From positions 26,957 to 90,956 of the forward strand of contig DASXUP010000004.1 of NCBI GenBank assembly GCA_036504755.1: a stretch of DNA of 64,000 nt. Direction: 5' to 3'. This DNA comes from Coriobacteriia bacterium. Lineage in GTDB: Bacteria > Actinomycetota > Coriobacteriia > Anaerosomatales > JAJZPX01. Below are positions 35,174-45,357 of this stretch, piece by piece (position 1 is the first letter of the stretch; each line of letters starts with the position of its first letter). A program made the position numbers and the translations under genes. A model generated the notes under the pieces. The model ran no database searches. It was given only the letters and a program-made list of their open reading frames with translations, and was not told the origin of the DNA.

Positions 35174-35937
35174 GGGCCGCCGTGCCGAAACCTCCCGAGT
35201 ACGACGTGTTCGTGAACTGGGAGAAGCGTCTCGCACGCGAGGCGCCGTTCTACCGCGCGGTCTTCGAGCAGATCGGCGCGAAGACCGTGGCCGACGTGGG
35301 CGCCGGCAGCGCGCGGATGTCGCTGATGTTCGCCGGCTGGGGACTGACCGTCTACGCGATAGACCCCGACCCCGGGATGCTCGAGCAGGCGCGCAAGAAC
35401 GCGGCCGAGGCGGGCATCGACCTGCCGATCTACGCGGGCGCCTTCGGTGACGTCGCCGATGTCGTGCCCGGGCGGGTGGACGCGCTCGTATGCTCGGGCA
35501 ACGCGCTGCCGCACGTCGGGGGGTTGCGGGAGCTCAAGCGAGCGTTCGCGGACTTCGCCGAGGTCGTGCGGCCCGGCGGGGCGGTCGTGCTGCACCTGCT
35601 GAACCACCAGCGCCTGCTCGACCAGCGCGTCCGCACCGTGCCGCCGGTGGTGCGCGAGACCCCACAGGGCACGCTCGTGTTCCTGCGCCTGCTCGACTAC
35701 GACGAGCCCGGCGGCATCGGCTTCGACTTCCTCACGATGCTGAGGCGTCCGGACGGGGAGTGGGAGATCGCGAACCGCCGGCGCTCCGTGCACACGGCGC
35801 TCCCCGCGTACGTGCTCGTCGACGAGCTCGACCACGCTGGCTTCACGCGCATCTCGTTGTTCGGCGACCACGAGCGCAAGCCGTTCGAGGCGGAGAAGGA
35901 CGAGAGCGTGATCGTGCTCGCGTACCGGGCGGACTAG
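35170..35937 (+). CDS. class I SAM-dependent methyltransferase
   Basis: VADVGAGSARMS (motif I), AIDPDPGML, and VLHLLN... GTG 35170 overlaps the upstream stop (GTGA). Confidence 0.75.
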   Translation: MRAAVPKPPEYDVFVNWEKRLAREAPFYRAVFEQIGAKTVADVGAGSARMSLMFAGWGLTVYAIDPDPGMLEQARKNAAEAGIDLPIYAGAFGDVADVVPGRVDALVCSGNALPHVGGLRELKRAFADFAEVVRPGGAVVLHLLNHQRLLDQRVRTVPPVVRETPQGTLVFLRLLDYDEPGGIGFDFLTMLRRPDGEWEIANRRRSVHTALPAYVLVDELDHAGFTRISLFGDHERKPFEAEKDESVIVLAYRAD

Positions 35938-36084
35938 GCCGGCATCCGGGGCCCGACGGCGGCGAGCGGCTCGAGGGCGTGGAGGCCGCGGCCGAACTCC
36001 TCGGCAGGAGGGACTTGCGCTCGCGGCGAAGGCGGGGGCCGCTCGGCGGGGATACTCGCGACAGGCGAGCGAGAGGAGCGCGGG

Positions 36085-36495
36085 ATGATCGAGATCGAGA
36101 AACTGGAGCTGTCCGACGAGGAGTGGCGGCAGCGCCTCACGCCCGAGCAGTTCCGCGTGCTGCGGCGTGCCGGGACGGAGCCGCCGTTCCGCAACGAGTA
36201 CTGGGACGACCACGCTGACGGAATCTACGCATGTGCGGGCTGCGACCTCGAGCTGTTCGACTCGCGCACCAAGTTCGACTCGGGCACCGGTTGGCCGAGC
36301 TTCTACGAGCCCATCGCGCCGGAGGTCGTCGAGGAGCACACGGACTCGACGCTCGGGATGACGCGCACCGAGGTGCTGTGCGCGCGCTGCGAGGGGCACC
36401 TCGGCCATGTGTTCGACGACGGACCGCCGCCGACGGGACTGCGGTATTGCATGAACTCGGCCGCGCTGAAGTTCGAGACGCGCTTCGTGGAGTGA
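36085..36495 (+). CDS. msrB: peptide-methionine (R)-S-oxide reductase
   Basis: Two Zn CxxC pairs (CAGC, CARC), GTGWPSF, GHLGHVF, and the catalytic RYCMNS. Confidence 0.9.
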   Translation: MIEIEKLELSDEEWRQRLTPEQFRVLRRAGTEPPFRNEYWDDHADGIYACAGCDLELFDSRTKFDSGTGWPSFYEPIAPEVVEEHTDSTLGMTRTEVLCARCEGHLGHVFDDGPPPTGLRYCMNSAALKFETRFVE

Positions 36496-36605
36496 GCTAG
36501 GCGACGTGGCCGGAGATCTCGCGCAGCAACTGGACGGCCGCGGGCCCCGATTCGTGGGGAACAACTATCGGGCATCGGAGAACGCCGGTCGCAGGGGGGA
36601 GCGCG

Positions 36606-37526
36606 ATGCGCATCGTTCTGTCCGCTTTCGGGTCGCGCGGAGTGACGCGCCGGTCCGTCGCGCTCGCGGCCGAGCTGCGTCGCCGCGGTCACGACGTCGT
36701 GCTCTTCGGCTTCCCCGAGCACGCGGGGTCGGCCGAGGGCGCCGGCTTCGTCTACGTGTCGTGCGCGACCGAGGGCCTGCCGCCTCTGGCGTCCCCGGCG
36801 GACCTGGTCCTCGTCATGGGAAGTGTCCGTTCGGCGGCGGATCGGGCGTTGTTCGTCGCCTTCTCGCCCACCCGTCTCGACCCGCTTCCCGCCGAGGTGA
36901 GGCCTGTGCTCGCGGCCGATGAGGAACTGGCCCCGCTGCCGCCGGAGCTAATCGAGCATGTGCGGCAGGTGCCCGCGATCCTGCCCGACGCCCGCGAGGA
37001 TCTTCCAGCCGAGGTGTGCGACTTCCTCTCTGCCGGGGATCCGCCTGTGTACCTCGGCTTCGGTGCCGCGCCGGCCCGGGACCCGGACCGCCTGACGCGC
37101 GACCTGCTCGGGGCGGTGCGCGGCCTCGGTCTGCGTGCGATCATGGAGCGCGGCCTGGCGGGGATCGGGCGCGAGGGCGTGCGCGACGTGCTCGTCGCCG
37201 AAGAGCTGCCGCACGCCGCGCTCTTCCCGCTCTGCGCGGTCGTCGTCCACCACGGAGGGCCGGGGACCACCGCGCTGGCGTGCAGGGCGGGCGTACCTCA
37301 GATAGTGGTGCCGGACGACGCCGAACAGCACTACTGGGCGGACCGGGTGGCTGCGCTGGGACTCGGCGAAGCCGTCCGGAGGAGGCACCTCACCGCCGCT
37401 TCCCTTCACGACGGGTTGCGACGCGCGCTCGGCGACGAGGCCTGCCGCTTCCGGGCACAGGTGATGGCGGAAAGGCTGCGGGATCGCGACGGGGTGACCG
37501 AGGCGGCCGACGCCGTCCTCGCGTAG
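36606..37526 (+). CDS. GT1-family (MGT/UDP-glycosyltransferase-like) glycosyltransferase, short form
   Basis: MRIVLSAFGSRG..., VVHHGGPGTTALACRAGVPQIVVP...EQ..WA C-terminal donor-binding motif. At 306 aa it is shorter than my recollection of typical members. Confidence 0.55.
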   Translation: MRIVLSAFGSRGVTRRSVALAAELRRRGHDVVLFGFPEHAGSAEGAGFVYVSCATEGLPPLASPADLVLVMGSVRSAADRALFVAFSPTRLDPLPAEVRPVLAADEELAPLPPELIEHVRQVPAILPDAREDLPAEVCDFLSAGDPPVYLGFGAAPARDPDRLTRDLLGAVRGLGLRAIMERGLAGIGREGVRDVLVAEELPHAALFPLCAVVVHHGGPGTTALACRAGVPQIVVPDDAEQHYWADRVAALGLGEAVRRRHLTAASLHDGLRRALGDEACRFRAQVMAERLRDRDGVTEAADAVLA

Positions 37527-37560
37527 ACTGGGACCGTCGAGGACGGCGGGGAGGAGTCGC

Positions 37561-38199
37561 GTGGCGAACACGAACGGGCGGGCGCTGTGGCTGTTCCGTG
37601 CCGCCGCGGCGCTGGTCCTGCTGGTGGCGCTCGCGGGCGCCGTCGCGTTCTTCGTCCTGCGCGCCCAGCCTAAGCCTGCCCCGACCGACGGACGTCCGGC
37701 CATGGGCACGGTCAGCGAGCCGGACACCTCCGGCAGGCGGACCTACGACAGCTCGCGCCTCGGCTTCCGCTTCCGCTATCCGGCGGAGTGGGAGCTGAGC
37801 GAGAGCGGGGCGGCGCAAGCTCCCGAGGGCGACTACCTGACGATCACGCTCCTGCCGAGGGGGCACTCGAATGGCGCGCCGTCGCTGAACCCTCCGGTGT
37901 TCGAGGTGGTCCCGGATCCGCAGGGCTTCTCGGCCGATGCGGTGGTGCGCATGAAGTGGGGGTCGGTGCCCGCCACGATGACGGTGACGACCTCGACGCT
38001 GGACGTGGCCGGGACGCGCGGGGTCGAGGTGGTCGTGCGCGACACGGAGGTCCGCCCCAAGGCGCTGTACACGTACGAGGTGATCGCGACGGTGCCCGGC
38101 AGGATGTTCCGCATCGGGTTCTCGTCGTCGAAGGCCGAAGAGTTCGAGGCGATGGCCACGCAGGTCCGAAAGGTGTTCGAGTCGCTCGAGACCTACTGA
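37561..38199 (+). CDS. membrane-anchored extracytoplasmic protein (hypothetical)
   Basis: GTG start and one TM helix (LWLFRAAAALVLLVALAGAVAFFVL), then a ~170-aa soluble domain. No family recognised. Confidence 0.45.
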   Translation: MANTNGRALWLFRAAAALVLLVALAGAVAFFVLRAQPKPAPTDGRPAMGTVSEPDTSGRRTYDSSRLGFRFRYPAEWELSESGAAQAPEGDYLTITLLPRGHSNGAPSLNPPVFEVVPDPQGFSADAVVRMKWGSVPATMTVTTSTLDVAGTRGVEVVVRDTEVRPKALYTYEVIATVPGRMFRIGFSSSKAEEFEAMATQVRKVFESLETY

Positions 38200-40508
38200 G
38201 CCCGTCGCCAGCCTGCCAGCCGCAGCCCGAGCTCCACGAGCGCCACGCCGCCGAGTGCCGATGCCGCCGCGAGCCCGAGCTCTCGCGGCAGCAGGACCGC
38301 CAGCGCGAAGAACGAGCGCGCGAACGGCACCGTCACGACGAGCGCCAGCCCGAGCGCCATCGACACCACCAGCCACAGCCGCCACCCGGTCAAAGGCCGC
38401 GACAGCGAGCCGAGGATCCACAGCCCCACGAGCGTGAGAGCAAGCGTCGCGGCCGTGCGCGCCTCGGCGAGCGGCACTCCGCCGGCACGCACGCCGAGGT
38501 AGGCGGCGAACGCGGCAACGGCGGCACCGCTGCCCGCAGGCAGCGCGAAGCGCAACACCCTCTGCAGGAAGCCGGGCGTGTAGCGTGCGGGATTCGGGGC
38601 GAGCGCGAGGAAGAACGAGGGGATGCCGATGGTGAGGCTCGCGACGATCGTGAGGTGCCTCGGCAGGAATGGGAAGGGCACGGCGGCCGCGGCCGTAGCG
38701 AGTGCGAGGAACACGGCGTACGTGGTCTTGGCGAGGAAGAGGTTGGCGACGCGCTCTATGTTGGCGATCACCCGCCGCCCCTCGGCCATCACGCGGGGAA
38801 GGACGGCGAAGCGCGCGTCGAGCAGTACGACCTGGCCGACCGCGCGCGCGGCCCGGGCGCCGGAGCCCATCGCGATGCCGAGGTCGGCGGCCTTCAGCGC
38901 GGGGACGTCGTTCACGCCGTCGCCGGTCATCGCCACGACGTGCCCCGCCGCCCGAAGCGCCTCGACGATGCGCCGCTTGTCCTGCGGCGAGATGCGGCCG
39001 AAGACGGTGTGCGCGTCGACCAGCGCGACGAGCTCGGCGGCATCGGCAGGCAGCGTGCGCGAGTCGACGGGCTCGCGCGCCTCCAGCCCGACCCGCGCCG
39101 CGACGGCAGCCACTGTCGCGGGCGAGTCGCCGGAGAGCACCTTGACGGCCACTCCCTGGTCCGCGAGGTAGCGCAGCGCGCCGGCAGCGTCCGGTCGCAC
39201 GCGCTCCGCGAGGACGACGAGCGCGGCCGGCGCCAGCGACGCCGGCGGGCGGTCCGGCGCGAGCTCCTCGGCGGTGCTCGCCAGAAGCAGCACGCGCGAG
39301 CCGTCCGCGGCGATCGCGGCGGCCTTGGCGGCGGCGTCGTCGTGACCGCCGGGGAGCAGCACCTCGGGGGCGCCGAGCACCCAAGTCCCGCGCTCGCCGA
39401 AGGTCGCGCCGCTCCACTTGCGCCCGGAGGAGAACGCGACGTGACCGCGCGCCTCCCATCCGTCCGGGCGCGCGTACCTCGCCCCTAGCGCCTCGGCGGT
39501 CCGGTTGCCCTCCAGCGACGCCAGCGCGCCGAGCGCGGCCTCGGCGGGCTGCCCCTCGGCGAGCGGCTCGAGACGCTCGACCTCGAGCGCGGCCTCGGTG
39601 AGGGTGCCGGTCTTGTCGATGCACACGACGTCCACGCGCGCGAGCACCTCGACCGCCGCCAGCTCCTGCACCAGCACCTGCCTTCGGCCGAGGAGGATCA
39701 CGCTGTACGCGAACGCTATCGACGTCAGAAGCACGAGGCCTTGCGGGACCATCGCCTCTAGAGCCGCTGCCGTCGACAGCGTCGCGCTCTGCACCGAAGC
39801 GTGCCGCTCGACCTGCGTGGCGACCGTGAGCAGACCGATCGGCAGCATGAGCCACAGCACGAGCTTGAGGATGCGGTTCACGCCTTCGCGCAGCTCCGAG
39901 CGTACGAGGCGGAAGCGCTTCGCCTCGGCCGAGAGACGGCGGGCGTACGCTTCCTCGCCCACGCTCGTGGCGCGTATCGAGCCCGCGCCGGCGATCACGA
40001 AGGTGCCGGACAGCACGCCGTCGCCAGGCTGCTTCAGCACGGGCACGGACTCGCCGGTGAGCAGCGACTCGTCGATCTCGAGGCCGTCGGAGGCGAGCAC
40101 GGTGCCGTCCGCGGCGATCTGGTCGCCGCCCTGCAGCAGCACGACGTCGTCGCGCACGACCTCGGCGAGCGGGATCTCACGCGTCTCGCCTTCCCGCAGG
40201 ACGCGCGCGCGGGGGGCGGAGAGCAGCTGCAGGCGGTCGAGCGTGCGTTTCGCGCGGATCTCCTGCACGACGCCGACGGCGGAGTTGAACACCACGACGA
40301 GGCCGAACAGCGCGTCCCGCGGCGACCCGACGAGGAGGACCGCGACCACGAGCACCACGAGGATGAGGTTGAAGAGCGTGAAGACGTTCTCGCGCAGGAT
40401 GTCGCCGTAGCTGCGCGACGTGGTCTCGCGCACGGCGTTCGTGAGGCCGCGCCGAACGCGGTCGACGACCTCCTCGGCCGAAAGGCCCCGCTGCTGTCGA
40501 TCGTCCAT
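38193..40508 (-). CDS. cation-translocating P-type ATPase
   Basis: CIDKTGTLT phosphorylation site, MTGDGVNDVPALK hinge, TGES actuator motif, about 10 TM helices. Ion specificity cannot be assigned by eye. Confidence 0.85.
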   Translation of the reverse strand: MDDRQQRGLSAEEVVDRVRRGLTNAVRETTSRSYGDILRENVFTLFNLILVVLVVAVLLVGSPRDALFGLVVVFNSAVGVVQEIRAKRTLDRLQLLSAPRARVLREGETREIPLAEVVRDDVVLLQGGDQIAADGTVLASDGLEIDESLLTGESVPVLKQPGDGVLSGTFVIAGAGSIRATSVGEEAYARRLSAEAKRFRLVRSELREGVNRILKLVLWLMLPIGLLTVATQVERHASVQSATLSTAAALEAMVPQGLVLLTSIAFAYSVILLGRRQVLVQELAAVEVLARVDVVCIDKTGTLTEAALEVERLEPLAEGQPAEAALGALASLEGNRTAEALGARYARPDGWEARGHVAFSSGRKWSGATFGERGTWVLGAPEVLLPGGHDDAAAKAAAIAADGSRVLLLASTAEELAPDRPPASLAPAALVVLAERVRPDAAGALRYLADQGVAVKVLSGDSPATVAAVAARVGLEAREPVDSRTLPADAAELVALVDAHTVFGRISPQDKRRIVEALRAAGHVVAMTGDGVNDVPALKAADLGIAMGSGARAARAVGQVVLLDARFAVLPRVMAEGRRVIANIERVANLFLAKTTYAVFLALATAAAAVPFPFLPRHLTIVASLTIGIPSFFLALAPNPARYTPGFLQRVLRFALPAGSGAAVAAFAAYLGVRAGGVPLAEARTAATLALTLVGLWILGSLSRPLTGWRLWLVVSMALGLALVVTVPFARSFFALAVLLPRELGLAAASALGGVALVELGLRLAGWRRAQ

Positions 40509-40582
40509 GCTGCTAGGGTACCGCAGCGTTGCGGGGGCGGCGCATGCGGGAAGGAACGAGTGTCCGGGAGGAGGAGGCCATC

Positions 40583-41068
40583 ATGGTGCAGGCGCAGGCG
40601 GCGTTCACGCCCGAGCAGCTCAAGCTGCTCATCGACAGCACCGCCGGGTGGGCGCGCGACTGGGACGACGTCGTGTACTACCTGAAGACGGTCGCCGCCG
40701 CCGACACGCACCTCCCCGAGGACGTGGTCGCCGCCGTGCGCGTCGCCGTCCTGCGCGCGAAGCAGCACGACGTGCCGTTCACGACCGACTACCGGACGCT
40801 GTGGGAGGCGGCGACGGGGCATCCGGCCGAGGACCTGCCCGGCCCGGAGCTCCGCTACTCGCCGACGAACCCGATCGAGCTGAGGAAGACCTACCTCGCC
40901 GGGTTCACCTTCCCGAACGGGCGCGCCGAGGCGTACGCGTACGCCGAGGACCACGGGGCGCCGTGGCGCGTGCTGCAGACGATCCGGCAGCTGCCGAACC
41001 GGCGGTACCGCGACATGGACGACCTGCTCGACGCGATAGGCGACCTCGCCTGGAACCCGCGGCTGTAG
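40583..41068 (+). CDS. hypothetical protein with a DUF2795-like C-terminus
   Basis: GGAGGAGGAGG SD before ATG 40583. C-terminal FPNGRAEAYAYAEDHGAPWRVLQTIRQLPNRRYRDMDDLLDAIGD resembles DUF2795. Confidence 0.45.
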   Translation: MVQAQAAFTPEQLKLLIDSTAGWARDWDDVVYYLKTVAAADTHLPEDVVAAVRVAVLRAKQHDVPFTTDYRTLWEAATGHPAEDLPGPELRYSPTNPIELRKTYLAGFTFPNGRAEAYAYAEDHGAPWRVLQTIRQLPNRRYRDMDDLLDAIGDLAWNPRL

Positions 41069-41161
41069 CGGGCCTGCCTCTCCCCGGCACGGCACGTGCT
41101 TCCTCAGGGATCTCTCAGGAGAGGCGGATCAGCCTGGGGCATCGCTGTGCGAAGGAGCCGG

Positions 41162-41851
41162 ATGCGGATACTCATAGTCGACGACGAGGTGCGGCTGGCC
41201 TCGCACCTCAAGCGCGGCCTCGAAGCCGAGGGCTTCGCGGTCGACGTCGCCAACACCGGCACCGACGGGCTCTGGCTCGCCACGGAGCAGGCATACGACG
41301 CGGTCGTGCTGGATATCATGCTGCCCGGCATGAACGGCTACCGTGTGTGCGAGGAGCTGCGCCGCGCGGGCAACTGGGTCCCCATCCTCATGCTGACCGC
41401 AAAGAGCGGTGAGTACGACGAGGCGGAGGCGCTGGACACGGGCGCCGACGACTACTTGAGCAAGCCGTTCTCGTTCGTGGTGCTGGTCGCGCGCATCCGC
41501 GCGCTGCTGCGCCGCGGCTCGCCGGAGCGCCCCGTCGTCCTGACGGTCGGCAACCTCTCGCTGGACCCGTCGTCCCGCCGCGTCAGGCACGGCGGCAGGG
41601 AGGTCGACCTCACGTCCACGGAGTTCTCGCTGCTCGAGTACCTGATGCGGCATCCCGACGAGGTGCTGTCGAAGCGGGCGATCCTCGAGCACGTGTGGGA
41701 CTGGGACTTCGACGGGCCGCCCAACATCGTGGAGGTCTACGTCGGCTACCTGCGCAGGAAGCTGCAGTCGCCGGACGGCAGCGCCTCGATCGACACCGTT
41801 CGCGGAGCGGGGTACCGCATCGGTCCGCGCGAGCAGGAGGACGCGCTGTGA
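41162..41851 (+). CDS. OmpR-family response regulator
   Basis: MRILIVDDE..., D in VVLDIMLPG, the TAK motif, and a winged-helix C-terminus (...LTSTEFSLLEYLM...VRGAGYRI). Confidence 0.9.
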   Translation: MRILIVDDEVRLASHLKRGLEAEGFAVDVANTGTDGLWLATEQAYDAVVLDIMLPGMNGYRVCEELRRAGNWVPILMLTAKSGEYDEAEALDTGADDYLSKPFSFVVLVARIRALLRRGSPERPVVLTVGNLSLDPSSRRVRHGGREVDLTSTEFSLLEYLMRHPDEVLSKRAILEHVWDWDFDGPPNIVEVYVGYLRRKLQSPDGSASIDTVRGAGYRIGPREQEDAL

Positions 41852-43230
41852 GACTGCCGCCCCTCGGGATACGCGCGCGGACGGCGCTCACCGCCACGGT
41901 CGTCGTCGGAGTCGCGCTCGTCGCGAGCTCGGTCGTGCTCGTCTTCACGATGAGATACGCGGTGGGCTCGTCGATCCGGGCGGCGGCAGCGACGCGAGCC
42001 TCGGACGTCGCGCTCCTGGCGCGATCCGGATCGCTGCCGGCGGCCATCCCCGGCCGGGGTGAGTCGCTCCTCGTCCAGGTCCTCGACTCCGGCTCGCGGG
42101 TCGTCGCCGCGAGTCCCAGCATCGACGGGGATCCGCCGCTGGCGAGCGTCTCGTTGCGCCCGGGCGGCACTCGCACGTTCACTCTCGCGTCGCTTCCCGA
42201 GTCAGGGCGCTCTCAGGCGGCCGAGGTGAACTTCGAGCCCTCGGCGCCGTTCGTGGTGGCCGCGCAAGCGGTCTCGACGACGTCGGGGCCGGTCACCGTG
42301 CTCGTCGCCGCCTCCTTGAGCCCGCTCGAGGACACGTCGGACGCCCTCGTGCCGCTGCTGCTGGGCGGCGTGCCGGTCGTGCTGCTCGTCGTGGCCGCCA
42401 CGACGTGGGCCCTCACCGGGCTCGCGCTGCGCCCGGTCGCCGCGATCCGCAAGGACGCCGAGGCGATCTCGTCCTCCATCCCCGACCGCCGGCTGCCCGT
42501 ACCTCCCGCGCGTGACGAGATCCGCGACCTGGCCGAGACGATGAACCGCATGCTGGACCGCATCGAGACGGCGAGCCTCGCGCACCGCCGCTTCGCCTTG
42601 GACGCCTCGCACGAGCTCAAGAGCCCGATCGCAGCCATCCGGACGATGCTGGAGGTGGCTCGGCAAGACCCCTCCGGCGCCGATGTCCCCGCACTGCTCG
42701 ACGACCTGCTCGCCGAGGACCAGCGGCTCGAGCGCCTCGTGTCGGACCTGCTGCTCCTCGGCCGGTCGGACGAAGGCGGGCTGCGTCTCAGCCTCTCGCG
42801 GCTCGACCTGTCGCGCCTCATCGAGGAGGAGGTGGCGACCGTCGCGAGGCGGGACGCACGGCGGATCGGCACGCGGGACGTGGAAGCCGTGACGCTCACG
42901 GCCGACGCCGACCGCATCCGGCAGCTCATGCGGAACCTGCTCGACAACGCGGTGCGGCACGCCTCGGACCGCGTCTGGGTCGGCGCGCGCGAGCAGGACG
43001 GCTGCGTGGTGCTCACCGTGAGCGACGACGGCCCGGGCATCCCGGAGGAGGCCCGCGAGCGCGTGTTCGAACGCTTCGTCCGGCTCGACGAGGGCCGCGG
43101 GCGCGACGAGGGCGGAAGCGGGCTCGGGCTGTCGGTGTGCCGCGAGATCGTGCGCGCTCACGGCGGCGAGCTCCGCTTCGCCGACCCCGAGCACGGCGGG
43201 GCCACCGCCGAGGTACGCATCCCTTCGTAG
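41848..43230 (+). CDS. sensor histidine kinase (TM-HAMP-HisKA-HATPase)
   Basis: GTG 41848 overlaps the RR stop (GTGA). H-box SHELKSPIAAI, N-box LLDNAVRHA, DDGPGI, GGSGLGLS. Confidence 0.85.
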   Translation: MRLPPLGIRARTALTATVVVGVALVASSVVLVFTMRYAVGSSIRAAAATRASDVALLARSGSLPAAIPGRGESLLVQVLDSGSRVVAASPSIDGDPPLASVSLRPGGTRTFTLASLPESGRSQAAEVNFEPSAPFVVAAQAVSTTSGPVTVLVAASLSPLEDTSDALVPLLLGGVPVVLLVVAATTWALTGLALRPVAAIRKDAEAISSSIPDRRLPVPPARDEIRDLAETMNRMLDRIETASLAHRRFALDASHELKSPIAAIRTMLEVARQDPSGADVPALLDDLLAEDQRLERLVSDLLLLGRSDEGGLRLSLSRLDLSRLIEEEVATVARRDARRIGTRDVEAVTLTADADRIRQLMRNLLDNAVRHASDRVWVGAREQDGCVVLTVSDDGPGIPEEARERVFERFVRLDEGRGRDEGGSGLGLSVCREIVRAHGGELRFADPEHGGATAEVRIPS

Positions 43231-43341
43231 CTCCGCTGGTCCTCAGCCGCCTCTCAGCGTCGGGCGCCTATCGTTCTGACGACCGCGCTCATGGGGACCA
43301 TCTACGGGTGTTCCAGGCGCGTCCGCCCGAGAGGAGCCACG

Positions 43342-44016
43342 ATGAACTCGACAACGCGTGTCCTGCTGCCGCTCGCGCTTGCCGCGACGCTCGTCGCGTC
43401 CGGTTGCGCGCGCCCGAAGCCTGTCACCACGCCCTCGCCGGCACCCCAGGCCGCTCCCTCGGCCGAGAGCACGCAGGCCACCACGACGGCGCAGGCGGCC
43501 ACACCGCCGGCCGCGGTGAAGCCCGAAGCGCCGATCGCGCCGGAGACGAACCCGCCCGGCGACATCCCCGACACCCAGGTCTTCGTCGCGTACCGCCCGC
43601 CATCGGCGGGCTTCGAGGTGAAGGTGCCGGAGGGCTGGTCGCGCACGCAGGGCGGCAGCACCGCCTCGTTCACGGACAAGCTCAACGTCGTCACCATGAC
43701 CTGGGGCACGGCTCCCTCGGCTCCCACCGCCGCGAGCGTCAAGTCCGCCGACTTGCCGAAGCTCTCGGCCGAGGTGCCCGCGTTCCAGCTGCAGAGCGTC
43801 AAGCAAGTGAAGCTGCCCGCCGGCGAGACGGTGCTCCTCACCTACCGGCAGAACGGCGAGCCGAACGCGGTGACGGGCAAGCGCTATCGGCTCGACGTCT
43901 CGCGCTACGTCTACTTCCGAAACGGCATCCGGGTCGACCTCGTCCTGTCGTCGCCTGTCGGCGCGGACAACGTCGACCCGTGGCGGACGATCTCGGAAAG
44001 CCTGCGGTGGCTGTGA
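43342..44016 (+). CDS. lipoprotein (unknown function), first gene of the ABC module
   Basis: GAGAGGAG SD. MNSTTRVLLPLALAATLVASGC lipobox, a Pro/Ala/Thr-rich linker, then a ~150-aa domain. Confidence 0.6.
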   Translation: MNSTTRVLLPLALAATLVASGCARPKPVTTPSPAPQAAPSAESTQATTTAQAATPPAAVKPEAPIAPETNPPGDIPDTQVFVAYRPPSAGFEVKVPEGWSRTQGGSTASFTDKLNVVTMTWGTAPSAPTAASVKSADLPKLSAEVPAFQLQSVKQVKLPAGETVLLTYRQNGEPNAVTGKRYRLDVSRYVYFRNGIRVDLVLSSPVGADNVDPWRTISESLRWL

Positions 44017-44693
44017 CGGACGCGGCGGAGGGACCCAGCGCGATCGAGGCGCACGAGCTGTACCGCTTCTACCATGCGGGGGACGACGAGACGTTCGCGC
44101 TGCGCGGCGTTTCCGTGGAGATCGCGGCGGGCGAGATGGTCGCCGTGGTCGGACCGTCCGGCAGCGGCAAGTCGACCCTCCTGAACTGCCTCGCCGGCCT
44201 GGACGAGCCCGACGGCGGTCACGTCGCTCTCTTCGGCAAGCGGCTCACGAGGCGTCCGGAGTCACAGCGCGCCCGCTTCCGCGCCGAGTCGATCGGCGTC
44301 CTCATGCAGTCGGGCAACCTGGTGGAGCACCTCACCGTGGAAGAGAACGTGCGGGCCGCACAGGCGCTCACCCGAGGCCCCGCGCCCGACGCGCGCGAGC
44401 TGCTGCGCGCGGTCGGCATCGAGGACCGCTCGTGGGCGTGGCCGGCGATGCTGTCCGGCGGCGAGGCCGCCCGGGCGGGGCTGGCCGTCGCGCTCGCGAA
44501 CGACCCGGCCGTGCTTCTCGCCGACGAGCCCACCGGCGAGGTCGACGAGGCGAACGAGCGCGGCATCCTCTCCCTCCTGCGTCAGCGGGCGAGCGGCGGC
44601 AAGGCGGTCGTCGTCGTGACGCACAGCCCGCGCGTCGCGGAAGCCGCCGACCGCACGATCCGGATGCTGGACGGGAGGATCGTCGATGCCTGA
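44013..44693 (+). CDS. ABC transporter ATP-binding protein (subunit 1)
   Basis: GPSGSGKS Walker A, LSGGEAARAGLAVAL signature, LLADEPTGEVD Walker B. GTG 44013 overlaps the upstream stop. Confidence 0.85.
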   Translation: MTDAAEGPSAIEAHELYRFYHAGDDETFALRGVSVEIAAGEMVAVVGPSGSGKSTLLNCLAGLDEPDGGHVALFGKRLTRRPESQRARFRAESIGVLMQSGNLVEHLTVEENVRAAQALTRGPAPDARELLRAVGIEDRSWAWPAMLSGGEAARAGLAVALANDPAVLLADEPTGEVDEANERGILSLLRQRASGGKAVVVVTHSPRVAEAADRTIRMLDGRIVDA

Positions 44694-45357
44694 GCTCCTG
44701 GTGTGCGGCGAACACGTCGCGAAGACGTACGGCGAGCGCGGCCATGAGACGCACGCGCTCGCGGAGGCGTCGTTCGAGATCCGCGCGGGCGAGAGAGTCG
44801 CCCTCGTCGGTCCGTCGGGCAGCGGCAAGACTACGCTGCTGCACCTGATCGCCGGCATCGACGTCCCGTCGGCCGGCACGCTGGAGTGGCCGGCCCTCGG
44901 CCGAAGGGAGGAGTTGCGCCCCGGTCCCGTCGCGATGGCGTTCCAGGGCCCCAGCCTGCTGCCGCCGCTCACGGTCGCGGAGAACGTCGCGCTGCCGCTC
45001 CTGCTCGCCGAGGTGCCCGAGGCCGAAGCGACCGAGCGTGCGTGGGAGCTGCTGGACGCGATGGGGCTGACGGAGCTCGCGGAGAAGCTGCCCGAGGAGC
45101 TGTCGGGCGGGCAGGCGCAGCGCGTGGGATTGGCCCGCGCGCTCGTGTCGCGGCCCGTGCTGCTGCTGGCCGACGAGCCCACGGGCCAGCTCGATCACGA
45201 GCACGCGCAGCGGCTGATGGACCTGCTGCTCGCCCGCGTGCACGAAACCGGCGCCGCGCTCGTCATCGCGACCCACGACGACCTCATCGCCGAGCGGCTG
45301 GACGAGCGCTGGGCGATGCTCGACGGGCGCATGGTCGCGGAGGTGACGCATGCTTAG
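44686..45357 (+). CDS. ABC transporter ATP-binding protein (subunit 2)
   Basis: GPSGSGKT, LSGGQAQRVGLARAL, LLADEPTGQLD. 8-nt overlap with the upstream gene. Confidence 0.85.
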   Translation: MPELLVCGEHVAKTYGERGHETHALAEASFEIRAGERVALVGPSGSGKTTLLHLIAGIDVPSAGTLEWPALGRREELRPGPVAMAFQGPSLLPPLTVAENVALPLLLAEVPEAEATERAWELLDAMGLTELAEKLPEELSGGQAQRVGLARALVSRPVLLLADEPTGQLDHEHAQRLMDLLLARVHETGAALVIATHDDLIAERLDERWAMLDGRMVAEVTHA